From: a virus | Direction: 5' to 3' (one strand) | IMG/VR virus record: IMGVR_UViG_3300043823_000198 | Coordinates: 101,634-165,633 of that record | Length of the DNA: 64,000 bases | Shown: positions 29,569-39,436 of the stretch, piece by piece | Position numbering within the stretch: the first letter of the stretch is position 1 | Layout: each line of letters begins with the position of its first letter | The notes under the pieces: generated by a model | Databases searched by the model: none | What the model was told of the DNA's origin: nothing | What the model saw: only the letters and a program-made list of their open reading frames with translations | Translations under genes and position numbers: made by a program

Positions 29569-29988
29569 ATGATAAATTTTAAGCAATACCTAGATATCGC
29601 AGAATCTCATGCAGAATTAGATAAACACATATCTGATTTTTCTAAACGAATCAATACAGAAAAAGGTTCACAGAGCTCTACTTATCAAACTGGACATTCC
29701 ACTTATAAAAATGGTGGTGGTAAAATTCATAACATGAAGTATGTGGCAACTGATGCTCCACACGAAAAAATTTTTAAACATCTTAAGAGTATGGGATATA
29801 AAAAGATGTCTGGACATGATCCTAAGCCCAATGAATTTGATGTTCATCACAATCATGAAACGATGACTTCAAGAACATCACCAGTTCATCATCCATCTGG
29901 AATTTCTGCGCATGTTGAAACAGAACATGGTAGTAGACCAAAAGTTCATTTTACACATAATAAAATTACAGAAAATCTCTGGCTCTAA
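29569..29988 (+). CDS. His-rich putative internal head protein
   Basis: N-terminus MINFKQYLDIAE resembles T4 internal-protein capsid-targeting sequence. Confidence 0.55.
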   Translation: MINFKQYLDIAESHAELDKHISDFSKRINTEKGSQSSTYQTGHSTYKNGGGKIHNMKYVATDAPHEKIFKHLKSMGYKKMSGHDPKPNEFDVHHNHETMTSRTSPVHHPSGISAHVETEHGSRPKVHFTHNKITENLWL

Positions 29989-30004
29989 GAAAGTGGAATT
30001 GCTA

Positions 30005-31231
30005 ATGAAATCATTTCAAACATACTTAAAAGAAGAAGCGGAAGCAGATAAACTTACGCATATTACTCATGCTGAGGATCGTCCATTATTTCATGGTCAT
30101 GAAGGTTTTGAACATGCGCATGGCGCATTAACTCAAGCTCATGAACATATGAAAGCTGGTGGAAACAACAGTAATCTTACAATGAAGTATGATGGTTCTC
30201 CTTCAGTTGTGTTTGGTCATCATCCAAAAAATAACAAGTTTTTTGTTGCAACTAAAGGCGCATTCAATAAAGAACCAAAAATAAATCATACTCATGAAGA
30301 CATTGAAAGAAACCATGGACATGCTCCAGGTCTTGCATCAAAACTTCATGCTGCTCTTGATCATCTGCCAAAAGTAACACCAAAGAAGGGTGTTTATCAG
30401 GGCGATCTACTCCACTCTCATGGTGATGTTGAGCATGATAAAAAGGCAGGAACTGCAAAGTTTACTCCAAACACTATAACTTATACTGCTAAAGGTGAAG
30501 AAGCTAAGAAAGCAGCTGGTTCTAAGATCGGTGTTGCTGTTCACCAGAAGTATGAGCATGGTGAGGGTGCTGATAAGAAGAGTCTTGAATCAATGCATGT
30601 TACTCCACACCCAGATACTCATAACTTCGGCGAGCATAAAGACGTTCACTTCAAGACTGCTAATCATGACACAAGCAAGATTGATTATCCAGAAAAGGAT
30701 CAAGCAGAGTTCCATAAGCATATGAACGCTGCCAAAGAAATCCATGATACTCATGGTTCTAAAATGTATTCAGCTATTCACCCAAAGCATTCTGGTGAAA
30801 CTGGCCATCTAGGAACATACATCAACAGCACTGTTAGAAATGACGAAGTGCCTAATGTTGAAGGTTTCAAGAAGCATGTTAAGTCTTTCTATGACAAGAA
30901 AGCAGCTGGGGTTAAAACAGAGAAAGCAAAAGCAGCACATACTAGTGAAGGTGAATCTCAGAATGCTCATGTTGAAGCGAACAAAGAACACTACAGTAAT
31001 TTGCTAACTATGCACCATCACTTGCAACAAGCAAAGAACACTCTAGTTAAAAACCTTAACAAGAATACCAATGGTCTTGAGCATCACATTGATGATAAGA
31101 AAACAGAACCAGAAGGCTTCGTCGTTAATCACACTCATAATGGAAAAGAACAGCCAACTAAGTTGGTAAATCGTTCTGAATTTGCGAAAGCCAATTTACT
31201 AAAAGTTAAAAAGTGGAACCAACCAAAATGA
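30005..31231 (+). CDS. DUF6267-like protein with RNA-ligase-type motifs, His-rich
   Basis: MKSFQTYLKEE N-terminus; KYDG, YQGDLL, EGFVV, KLVNR. Confidence 0.65.
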   Translation: MKSFQTYLKEEAEADKLTHITHAEDRPLFHGHEGFEHAHGALTQAHEHMKAGGNNSNLTMKYDGSPSVVFGHHPKNNKFFVATKGAFNKEPKINHTHEDIERNHGHAPGLASKLHAALDHLPKVTPKKGVYQGDLLHSHGDVEHDKKAGTAKFTPNTITYTAKGEEAKKAAGSKIGVAVHQKYEHGEGADKKSLESMHVTPHPDTHNFGEHKDVHFKTANHDTSKIDYPEKDQAEFHKHMNAAKEIHDTHGSKMYSAIHPKHSGETGHLGTYINSTVRNDEVPNVEGFKKHVKSFYDKKAAGVKTEKAKAAHTSEGESQNAHVEANKEHYSNLLTMHHHLQQAKNTLVKNLNKNTNGLEHHIDDKKTEPEGFVVNHTHNGKEQPTKLVNRSEFAKANLLKVKKWNQPK

Positions 31232-33828
31232 GTCAAGAAAAACACCATGTAATGGCATTCGCCAGAATGAATCCAATCACTTCTGGTCACGAGAAAGTAG
31301 TTAATAAAGTTCATGAAGTTGCAGCAGAACATAATGCTGGCCATAGCGTTATTCTATCACATTCTCATGACGCTAAAAAGAACCCTCTATCTCCAGAGCA
31401 GAAGGTTAAGCATGCGAAGAATGCATTTCCTGGAACTAATATTTCAGCTGGTTCTAAAGAGAAACCAAATCATTTAGCTCATGCTTCTGATTTACATAAG
31501 CAGGGTGTTACTCACCTTCACGTAGTTGCTGGTTCTGATCGTGTTGAAGCCACGCATAAATTATTGCATGATTATAACGGTAAGTCAGGTCCTCATGGCC
31601 ATTATAATTTTAAATCAATTACTGTTCACTCATCAGGAGAACGTGATCCTGATTCAGAAGGTTCTGAAGGTATTTCAGCAAGCAAAATGCGTGAACATGC
31701 TGCTTCTGGTAACAAGAAAGAATTCCATAAAGGAGCGCCAAAATCTATGAGCACTTCACATAAAGATGCAATGTATAAAGATGTTCGCAAGGGCATGGGT
31801 TTACATGAAGATGTTTCTTCTATCCCACCAAAAAATGTTCAAAAGAAAACATATAGAGATATGGTCAGAAATATGACCAAGCGTAATGGTCCAGAAAAGG
31901 ATCCAGAAGTTGCTCTAGATAAAAAAGAAAAGCAAGCAATGGAACAAAAAGTCCATGAAAATGCTCCAGTTGCTCCTGTTCTTGATAGAAAATATATCAA
32001 AGGTACTCCAGAATGGAAAGCTCACAAAGAAAAGAGTAAACCAATCAATGGACACCCAACTAAAACTAATGTTAAAGAAGAAACTGCCAAGAAAGAGAAG
32101 GAAGAAATTATTCCTACTCATAGAATCATGGTTGTTTGTTCAGAACCCGATCATAAGCATCAAAGTAAACGTGAACCAACAGAGCGCTTTATTAAAACAA
32201 CTGCAAAAACCAAAGCTCTTGCTGTTTTGAATGGTAAACGCTACTTTAAGAAAATGGGTTTCAAAGTGCATGATGCTAAACATTTGCATATAATTTCTGA
32301 AGACTTAGAAGAACATTTAGATCCAAAAAATGGAGCTGGTTCATACATTAATGATTTTATTAAATCAACGAATCCACGTTTCGTAAATAAGTCCAAAGAA
32401 GAGCGTCGTAGAATGGCCATCGGTGCTTATATGGCTGCAAAGAAAAAGTATAGTATGAATGAAGAATCTGGCGAGCATGAATTAGGAATCCACCACGACG
32501 AACCTATTTCTCGTCACCCACACATTAAAGAAGTATTAGAACGCCATGGCGCAAAGCACAATGGCCATAGCGATAAAGCCACTTACTTCAAATTCCCAAG
32601 CGCTGAGCATGCTCGTTCAGCGAAACAACAATTGCATATGGCTGGTGTTAGACCAGACCACTGGGTAAATGGTGAACATATTAATGAAGAGGCTGATAAG
32701 CAACCATCTAATGCGAGAAGATTCAAATTCTTCAAAGGACAAGAACATATTGTTGGTCCAAAAGATAAAGATGGTCAAAAGACAGTTAAAGAAGGTGTTG
32801 AACAAATAACTGGAGACGACTCAATCCCAACATATTCTGCTGGAGAAGATGGAGAATCTCAGCGTAAGAAAAAAGGTTTCAGAACTTCCTTAGTTAAAAT
32901 AAGTAAGAACTCAATTGGTAGAGAAACTGAAGAAGGTTGGGAAAAACCAAAAATTAAAGGCACAACAAAAATGAGAGAAGAAACTGAAGAACAAGCAGCT
33001 GATCACAATAAACGTTTAAAACGATTTAAAGATATGGCTAAACAAGGTGAGTTGTTGCCAAAGTCTATTAAAGAAGCCAATCATCGTGAATTCGCTTCTC
33101 AAGGTAAAATGCATCCAGATATGGCAAAGCATATGACTGTTGGTCAACATATGGACTACTATGAGCCAAAGACTGGTGATAAAGTACATGGTAAGGTTAT
33201 TCATAACAACGGTAAAGAAGTTCATGTTCGACAATCTCATGACTCATATGACTCTAAGAAAGTTGGAAATGTACATAAGTTTGAAGTTTCCAATAAGTTG
33301 GACGAAGAGCAGATTGATGAGTTGTCAAAGTCAACTCTAGGTTCATATGCCAAAAAAGCATCATATGATGCTACGATTAAACGTAAAATTGGTGGTGATT
33401 TTGAACATATGGCAGATAAGTCTAGAAAACCTGATTATAAAGATGCAGCAACAAGGCAAGCTGATAAATGGAAAGACATGGCTAGAAAACGCAAAGCTGG
33501 AGTTGAAAAAGCCATTGATCGCTTAACTAAAGAAGAAGTTGAGTTGGACGAGTCTGGTTACAAAGGTGATGGAAAAGTAGTAACTAATAAATATTCATGG
33601 GGCACAATGAAGCATGTTGAGCACGGCAACGATTTCAGCATTCCACTACATCCAGAACACCATAAAGCAATTGCCAAACTTGAAGATGGTCAAGAACATC
33701 ACTTCAAGGATGAAACTGGTAAACATTGGGGCGCATATCGCAGAGGCGATGATGTACATTTTAAGTCAGCTGATTTTCATGGTTCGATGAAGACTAAAGT
33801 ACCTCATCATACTATGCACGAGGAATAA
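31228..33828 (+). CDS. cytidyltransferase-like (HxGH) domain fused to long His/Lys-rich modular tail
   Basis: FARMNPITSGHEK, KNPL, VAGSDRV, SSGERDPD, ISASKMR; tail punctuated by hydrophobic-x-E(E) motifs. Confidence 0.75.
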   Translation: MSQEKHHVMAFARMNPITSGHEKVVNKVHEVAAEHNAGHSVILSHSHDAKKNPLSPEQKVKHAKNAFPGTNISAGSKEKPNHLAHASDLHKQGVTHLHVVAGSDRVEATHKLLHDYNGKSGPHGHYNFKSITVHSSGERDPDSEGSEGISASKMREHAASGNKKEFHKGAPKSMSTSHKDAMYKDVRKGMGLHEDVSSIPPKNVQKKTYRDMVRNMTKRNGPEKDPEVALDKKEKQAMEQKVHENAPVAPVLDRKYIKGTPEWKAHKEKSKPINGHPTKTNVKEETAKKEKEEIIPTHRIMVVCSEPDHKHQSKREPTERFIKTTAKTKALAVLNGKRYFKKMGFKVHDAKHLHIISEDLEEHLDPKNGAGSYINDFIKSTNPRFVNKSKEERRRMAIGAYMAAKKKYSMNEESGEHELGIHHDEPISRHPHIKEVLERHGAKHNGHSDKATYFKFPSAEHARSAKQQLHMAGVRPDHWVNGEHINEEADKQPSNARRFKFFKGQEHIVGPKDKDGQKTVKEGVEQITGDDSIPTYSAGEDGESQRKKKGFRTSLVKISKNSIGRETEEGWEKPKIKGTTKMREETEEQAADHNKRLKRFKDMAKQGELLPKSIKEANHREFASQGKMHPDMAKHMTVGQHMDYYEPKTGDKVHGKVIHNNGKEVHVRQSHDSYDSKKVGNVHKFEVSNKLDEEQIDELSKSTLGSYAKKASYDATIKRKIGGDFEHMADKSRKPDYKDAATRQADKWKDMARKRKAGVEKAIDRLTKEEVELDESGYKGDGKVVTNKYSWGTMKHVEHGNDFSIPLHPEHHKAIAKLEDGQEHHFKDETGKHWGAYRRGDDVHFKSADFHGSMKTKVPHHTMHEE

Positions 33829-33830
33829 AA

Positions 33831-34787
33831 ATGAATGAAGGACTTGCCGACGATCTTTTAAGTGTTGCTAAAAAGGTTAATTCTAATGCAAAACTAAGAT
33901 CTGGCTCACAACCAAAAAAAGAACCAGTAAAGGTCACTCCAAAGAAAACAGAGTCAACTGGTAAAACAGGTTTGGCTGTAAATCATGGTTATGGGCAGGG
34001 TCGCTATATGGGGGACTCAGTTGAACTTAGTGGTAATCAGATTGATGAATTGAAAAAATCTACTTTGGCATCTTATGTTAAAGGTGCAATGCAAGATCGC
34101 GAAGAACGTGCTACTGCTGCTTCATTTAAGTCTGGTGCTGCTGGTGACAAATACAACAAAGCAGATGAGACACCAAAAGAAATTAAACGTGGTAAAGGTA
34201 TACATACTGCGCTTTCTAAGTTAACACGAGAAGAAACTGAAGAGCAAGCAGCTGATCACAAAAAAAGACTAAAAGGGTTTAAAGATATGGCTAAAATTAA
34301 TGAAGGTACTGATAAAGATATGGTCATGATTGACCTACAAACAATTCTAAACCATGTTAATCGTTTAGAAAAACATATTGGTAAAGAGATGGACTTACCT
34401 GAATGGGTAGAAGCTAAAATTACATTGGCAGCAGACTATATTGGTTGTGTTGCAGATTATATTGAAGCTGATTTACAAGTTAATGAAGAAAAATCCAAAA
34501 GAAAACCAAAATGGTTGGAAAACGCAGAAAAACGTGCCGAAGCCAGAGAAGGTAAATATGTGAAAGAAAATTCTATATCTTTTAAAGATTTTACATCAAT
34601 ACTAAAAGAATATGAATCTGATAAAAATGGTGTATATCGCCATACTAAAAAGGCTTCTTATGGAACTTCTTACAATGATCCAGAGGGTGAATTTGAATCT
34701 AAAGATGACATGAAAAAATCAGAGAAAAAAACAGGTCGTCAGAGTGGTTCCAAGGTTGGTTCTTACAAACGTCGCCAACCAAAATAA
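33831..34787 (+). CDS. modular putative internal head protein
   Basis: shares QIDEL.KSTL.SY and REETEEQAADH modules with upstream ORF; LPEWVEAKITLAADYI. Confidence 0.6.
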   Translation: MNEGLADDLLSVAKKVNSNAKLRSGSQPKKEPVKVTPKKTESTGKTGLAVNHGYGQGRYMGDSVELSGNQIDELKKSTLASYVKGAMQDREERATAASFKSGAAGDKYNKADETPKEIKRGKGIHTALSKLTREETEEQAADHKKRLKGFKDMAKINEGTDKDMVMIDLQTILNHVNRLEKHIGKEMDLPEWVEAKITLAADYIGCVADYIEADLQVNEEKSKRKPKWLENAEKRAEAREGKYVKENSISFKDFTSILKEYESDKNGVYRHTKKASYGTSYNDPEGEFESKDDMKKSEKKTGRQSGSKVGSYKRRQPK

Positions 34788-34824
34788 GATAAATAACTAA
34801 AAGTCCAAATTCAAGGAGATAAAT

Positions 34825-35703
34825 ATGGCACTATGGGGAAATCAAGACGCTTTGGCATCAGCACCAAAGTGGATCGCTCGAATCGATACATTTGATGGTA
34901 GCAATTCATCAGTTGTAAACACTTCAGCAAACACAATCTATCTAGCAGGTTCAACTAACTTCGCTACTGGCGATGCGTTAGTTTACACTAATGGTGGTGG
35001 AACTTCTATTACTGGCTTAACAAGCGGAAATACATACTATTGCCGTCGTGTAGATTCTTTTAACATTGAGTTGTTCGATACTCAGGCTCATGCTATTGCA
35101 ACTGGTTCTAATACTGGTTTAATTACATTGAGCGCTGTTGGTGCAGGAACTACTCACACTCTACAACGTGATCCTTCTGTTGCTAACGCATTCGGTCGTT
35201 CTGGTAAAGTAACTTTCCTAGTATCAAAAGAAGAATCTCAATCATTCGAAAACCGTGCTCTTGGTATCGATGGTCCAGGATGGTGGTCATACCTGTCATA
35301 CACTGCTGCTGATGGATCTGTTCGTCACAAAGCAGAACGTGTTGTCGCGATGAACTCTGAAGTTACTGAAGCATCTGATAACATCAACGTATCTAATGAT
35401 CCATTGGTCTCAGGTGAAATCACTATCATCACTCAACCATCTAGCTTGTCTATTACTCACCCAGCTACTGCGACATTTACTGTTGCAGCGTCTATCACTG
35501 GTATTGGTACTCTTGGATATCAATGGTATCGTCAGGCTAACGGAACTGGTAGCTTCGCAGCTATCTCTGGTGCGACTTCAGCTTCTTACACTACTCCAGC
35601 AACAACTGTTGCCGCAAACAACGGCGACGTATACTACTGCGTAGTGTCAGCAACTGACTACACTGTTCAACAATCTTCTAGCGCAACTCTAACAGTAGCA
35701 TAA
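34825..35703 (+). CDS. virion structural protein with C-terminal Ig-like domain
   Basis: MALWG start, PGWWSY..DGSVRHKAE, ITQP..ATFTV..YQWY..ISGAT..YYCVV. Confidence 0.7.
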   Translation: MALWGNQDALASAPKWIARIDTFDGSNSSVVNTSANTIYLAGSTNFATGDALVYTNGGGTSITGLTSGNTYYCRRVDSFNIELFDTQAHAIATGSNTGLITLSAVGAGTTHTLQRDPSVANAFGRSGKVTFLVSKEESQSFENRALGIDGPGWWSYLSYTAADGSVRHKAERVVAMNSEVTEASDNINVSNDPLVSGEITIITQPSSLSITHPATATFTVAASITGIGTLGYQWYRQANGTGSFAAISGATSASYTTPATTVAANNGDVYYCVVSATDYTVQQSSSATLTVA

Positions 35704-35717
35704 TAAATAAATTATGA

Positions 35718-35747
35718 GAGGGAGGGTTTTCCTCCCTCATTTTGTTT
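35718..35747 (+). terminator. intrinsic terminator
   Basis: GAGGGAGG/CCTCCCTC stem then T-rich tail. Confidence 0.7.
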
Positions 35748-35760
35748 GAAGGTATAATGT

Positions 35761-36138
35761 GTGAATGAGAATTTAAATGAATCGAACTTTTTACTCTATG
35801 CCATGCATCATTATGATAACACACAGTGTTATAGTTTAGCTGAATTTGAGGAAGATCTTAAAAAGTTTTTATATCTAAAGAAACTAATTTCAAGATATAA
35901 AAATAATGGCGAATTAAAAGAACGATTAATATTAAATCATATTATTGTTTTGTATAACCTTTTTGGGGATGCAACAACAAAAATGTTGTTTTATAAAATT
36001 GATCAAAGCTGCTGGGATGTTCTTATAACATTTTTGGTTTATCTTAATAAGATGCCAGAAAAAGTTGTTGAATATAAAATAAATCTTTCTGATTATGTTT
36101 TAGATGAAACTATTATAGCAACGCTAAGGAAAATTTAA
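35761..36138 (+). CDS. conserved T4-like hypothetical protein
   Basis: NFLLYAMHHYDN, ELKERLILNHIIVLYNLFG. Confidence 0.7.
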   Translation: MNENLNESNFLLYAMHHYDNTQCYSLAEFEEDLKKFLYLKKLISRYKNNGELKERLILNHIIVLYNLFGDATTKMLFYKIDQSCWDVLITFLVYLNKMPEKVVEYKINLSDYVLDETIIATLRKI

Positions 36139-36734
36139 TGAGCCAATTAATTGACAATGCTCTTGCGCTACGAGTGATACATATGCTCGTTACCAACTTT
36201 ACTGACACTGATGCTTACAAGTTAGGTATTATTGATGCCAAGGGTAATAATCTTATTAAAACAAGCGCATTTAAAACACAGCAACAGCGTGATGCGTATG
36301 ATTATCTTACCCGTTTAGTCTTTAATCTTAAAAAACTGATCAATAAGTTCGGTGGAGAGAGCAGATTAAAAAGTATTGCTGCAGCTCTTTGGTTGATTCA
36401 GGAGAATCTAAAGAGTGGAACGAAATCAACTGTATACCTAGAAGAAAGATTTAAAGTTCTACTGGAAAAATTAGAAAACGGTGTTTGTTTAGTTGAAGAA
36501 GAAATTCTTGTTGGTAAATTTTTAAAAGAAGACGGTGGCGTCGGTATTGGAGCCATTGCTGGAGGTAATATGACTAGTCCAGGTGGACCTCCAACAAATA
36601 ATACTTCTGGTAATGTTGCAACACAAGAACCAAAGATTTATAAGAAAGACATAAAGAAATACCAAAAAGGTAAGTCCAAGGTAATTTTTGGTATGGGTCG
36701 TCGTAAACCAGTAGGTGTGACTGAGATAACTTAA
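36138..36734 (+). CDS. conserved T4-like hypothetical protein
   Basis: DAYKLGIIDAKG, RLVFNLKKLI. Confidence 0.65.
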   Translation: MSQLIDNALALRVIHMLVTNFTDTDAYKLGIIDAKGNNLIKTSAFKTQQQRDAYDYLTRLVFNLKKLINKFGGESRLKSIAAALWLIQENLKSGTKSTVYLEERFKVLLEKLENGVCLVEEEILVGKFLKEDGGVGIGAIAGGNMTSPGGPPTNNTSGNVATQEPKIYKKDIKKYQKGKSKVIFGMGRRKPVGVTEIT

Positions 36735-36735
36735 T

Positions 36736-37158
36736 ATGTGGATGTTGTCATTTATCCCTGATGCTTGGTTGTATTATGCGGTTCTAATTGTTTTTGGCGC
36801 AGGCGTAACATCATATGTTGTTAGTTTTATCCCATTACTTCCATATAGAGAATTGATTAGAATTGTTGGCACTTTACTGACAATTCTTGGTGTCTATTTT
36901 TACGGTAGTTATTCGACTGAGATTGACTGGCGCAGTAAAACTGAAGAGATGCAGAAACAGATTGATGTTGCCAAGGTTAAATCCCAGGACGCAAATAATC
37001 AAATTAAGACTCTTATTGCTCAAAAGACAAAAGTTATACACGATAAACAAGTTGTTATTCAAACTGTTATTAAGCAAAACGCAGAACAGATTGATAAACA
37101 ATGTACAGTTGATCCTGAAGTTATCACTATACTAAATAATGCAGCGAGTGGAAAATGA
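36736..37158 (+). CDS. putative i-spanin (Rz-like)
   Basis: N-terminal TM helices, periplasmic coiled coil, C-terminal Cys; overlaps lipoprotein gene. Confidence 0.6.
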   Translation: MWMLSFIPDAWLYYAVLIVFGAGVTSYVVSFIPLLPYRELIRIVGTLLTILGVYFYGSYSTEIDWRSKTEEMQKQIDVAKVKSQDANNQIKTLIAQKTKVIHDKQVVIQTVIKQNAEQIDKQCTVDPEVITILNNAASGK

Positions 37159-37415
37159 AGAAACTATTGATCGTAGTCTTATTGTTATCTGGATGTTCAA
37201 CTGTCGTTCCAGTTAAACAACAATTTCCTTCAGTTCCAGAAGAACTGAAATCACCATGTCAGGATTTAAAACTGACTGATCAAACAACAAAACTGAGTGA
37301 TGTTGTTTCGGTTGTTACTTATAATTACAGCTTATATCAAGAATGCCAGTTGAAGACTCAAGAGTGGATTGATTGGTACAATAAACAGAATTCTATATTT
37401 AAAAGTGTAAAGTAA
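37155..37415 (+). CDS. putative o-spanin lipoprotein (Rz1-like)
   Basis: lipobox LLSGC, Pro-rich PVKQQFPSVPEELKSPC. Confidence 0.65.
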   Translation: MKKLLIVVLLLSGCSTVVPVKQQFPSVPEELKSPCQDLKLTDQTTKLSDVVSVVTYNYSLYQECQLKTQEWIDWYNKQNSIFKSVK

Positions 37416-37416
37416 C

Positions 37417-37737
37417 ATGGATTTGGAAAGAATAGCAAAATTGGAAGCACAGGTAGAATCCCTTAAAGAAGACGTTGCTGATGTCAAAGTTGACATCAAA
37501 GAACTACACTCACGTATAACTACAGGAAACCGTGAAATCATGGACAAGTTAGATCAAAAAATTGATGAGCTTGCAAAATCAGACCGAGAACAACATGAAT
37601 CCCTAAAGAAGTCCATGGAAAATGTAAAAGACCGTGTTGATATTCTTGAGAAGTGGCGCTGGATGATTGTGGGTGGTGCAATTGTAATTGGTTATCTAAT
37701 GGGTCACTTGGACTTTTTTGCAAAATTTCTAAAATAA
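37417..37737 (+). CDS. coiled-coil protein with C-terminal TM helix
   Basis: heptad pattern; LEKWRWMIVGGAIVIG. Confidence 0.6.
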   Translation: MDLERIAKLEAQVESLKEDVADVKVDIKELHSRITTGNREIMDKLDQKIDELAKSDREQHESLKKSMENVKDRVDILEKWRWMIVGGAIVIGYLMGHLDFFAKFLK

Positions 37738-37740
37738 AAC

Positions 37741-37769
37741 TTGCTTTGTAATTCCTTATGATGTATAAT
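37741..37769 (+). promoter_or_regulatory. promoter, TTGCTT-17-TATAAT class
   Basis: TTGCTTTGTAA...TATAAT before primase. Confidence 0.6.
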
Positions 37770-37789
37770 ATCTCATATGCGGAGATATT

Positions 37790-38818
37790 ATGTTATACAT
37801 TGATACAAAGTACACCAATATCCTTGGCAGTCGTCTAAGGAATTTCAAACAGAAAAAAGAATACCTCTGGAATTTCTCTTGCCCAGTTTGCGGAGACAGC
37901 ACAAAGAATAAGCTGAAGGCTCGTGGTTATATTGTTCGCAATGAACAACAACTATTTTATAAGTGTCACAATTGTGGCCATGGTTGTAATCTCGGTAATC
38001 TAATCAAGTACGTTGATGCAAACCTATACAATGAATATGTTTTGGAACGCTATAAATCTGGCGCATCTAAACATCATGATCACAAAAACATACAACAAAC
38101 AACAGTTGTACTGGAAACTCCCAAAGAAGAACTATTAGAAGACGATATCTTGTCTAGTTTAACACGGCTAGACAAGATGCCATTGTCACATCCAGCAGTT
38201 CAGTATCTTGTCAATAGAAAGATTCCAAAAGAAAAATGGAATCTTTTATACTTTGCGCCTAAATTTAAAGCATTTACTAATTCTGTAACTGCAAAATTTC
38301 AAGAACCAATAAAAGATGAGCATCCCCGCATGATCATCCCATACTTTACCCCAGCTGGTAAATGTTTTGCTTTTCAGGCACGTGCCTACGGTAAAGAAGA
38401 ACCTAAGTATTATACAATTAAGGTTGATGAAACAGAGGAGAGAATTTATGGACTCGACAGAATTGACTATGGTAAACCAATCTACATTGTGGAAGGTCCA
38501 ATTGATTCTCTTTTCATCCCAAATTGTTTGGCTGTTTCAGGATCCAGCTTTGACATGCCTACTATTAGGTCTATACTTCCAAACGCAACACTTGTGATGG
38601 ATAATGAACCAAGGAGTAAGGAGATAACAAAACTTCTTGACAAAAATATAAAGGCAGGGTATAATGTATGTATGTTCCCAGAACATATCGAACAGAAGGA
38701 TATAAATGAAATGATTTTGGCAGGAATGACTTCTGAAGAAATTATTAATACGATAAATACAAATACTTTCAACGGTATTGAGGCGAAACTAAGATTTTCC
38801 ACTTGGAAAAAAATTTAA
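37790..38818 (+). CDS. gp61: DNA primase (T4 gp61)
   Basis: CPVCGDS..KARG..CHNC zinc finger; VEGPIDS, DNEPR, KDINEM. Confidence 0.95.
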   Translation: MLYIDTKYTNILGSRLRNFKQKKEYLWNFSCPVCGDSTKNKLKARGYIVRNEQQLFYKCHNCGHGCNLGNLIKYVDANLYNEYVLERYKSGASKHHDHKNIQQTTVVLETPKEELLEDDILSSLTRLDKMPLSHPAVQYLVNRKIPKEKWNLLYFAPKFKAFTNSVTAKFQEPIKDEHPRMIIPYFTPAGKCFAFQARAYGKEEPKYYTIKVDETEERIYGLDRIDYGKPIYIVEGPIDSLFIPNCLAVSGSSFDMPTIRSILPNATLVMDNEPRSKEITKLLDKNIKAGYNVCMFPEHIEQKDINEMILAGMTSEEIINTINTNTFNGIEAKLRFSTWKKI

Positions 38819-38828
38819 AGGATTAAAA

Positions 38829-39434
38829 ATGAATGTATATATTTTGCTAGACCGTAGTGGCTCTATGGCTACTTTGTGGAATGAGGCGATTGGTTCTATT
38901 AATGGTTATATTGAAAAGTTGAAAAAGACTGATAAGGTTCATTTAGCTGTTTTCGATAATGAGTATACCGTTATCCGTGACGTTAAAGTTAAAGATTGGG
39001 AAGATGTTACCTCCGAGGAAGTTCAACCTCGTGGCACTACAGCTTTGTATGATTCTTGCGGCAAGATTATGACACAAGCCGAAGAAGATGATGCCAACAA
39101 AACTGTATTGGTTGTCATGACTGATGGTTATGAAAATTGCTCAAAAGAATATACTCAGGCTGCCATTAAAGCACGTGTTAAGCAATTTGAAGATAAGAAG
39201 TGGGAAGTTGTGTTTCTTGGCGCAAACTTTGATGCCGTTGAATCTGTTTCAGGTTCTCTTGGTGTCATGGCTGGCAAGACAATGAACATTAACGCAGGTA
39301 TGTTACGTTCTTCTATGGACTCGTTGTCTGCCTACACTACAGCTTATGCTACAACTGGAGCGACAATTAACTTTACTGCCGAAGATAAGATGCGAGCAGT
39401 AAATGCAGGTGGTGTTGCTGGCACAGGAGTTTAA
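38829..39434 (+). CDS. stand-alone vWA domain protein
   Basis: LDRSGSM, PRGTTALYD, MTDGYEN, FLGAN. Confidence 0.85.
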   Translation: MNVYILLDRSGSMATLWNEAIGSINGYIEKLKKTDKVHLAVFDNEYTVIRDVKVKDWEDVTSEEVQPRGTTALYDSCGKIMTQAEEDDANKTVLVVMTDGYENCSKEYTQAAIKARVKQFEDKKWEVVFLGANFDAVESVSGSLGVMAGKTMNINAGMLRSSMDSLSAYTTAYATTGATINFTAEDKMRAVNAGGVAGTGV

Positions 39435-39436
39435 TA

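Noticed and set aside
36736-37737. Complete lysis cassette
   Set aside because: Spanin-like pair present but no recognisable endolysin; holin identity of 37417-37737 is unsupported
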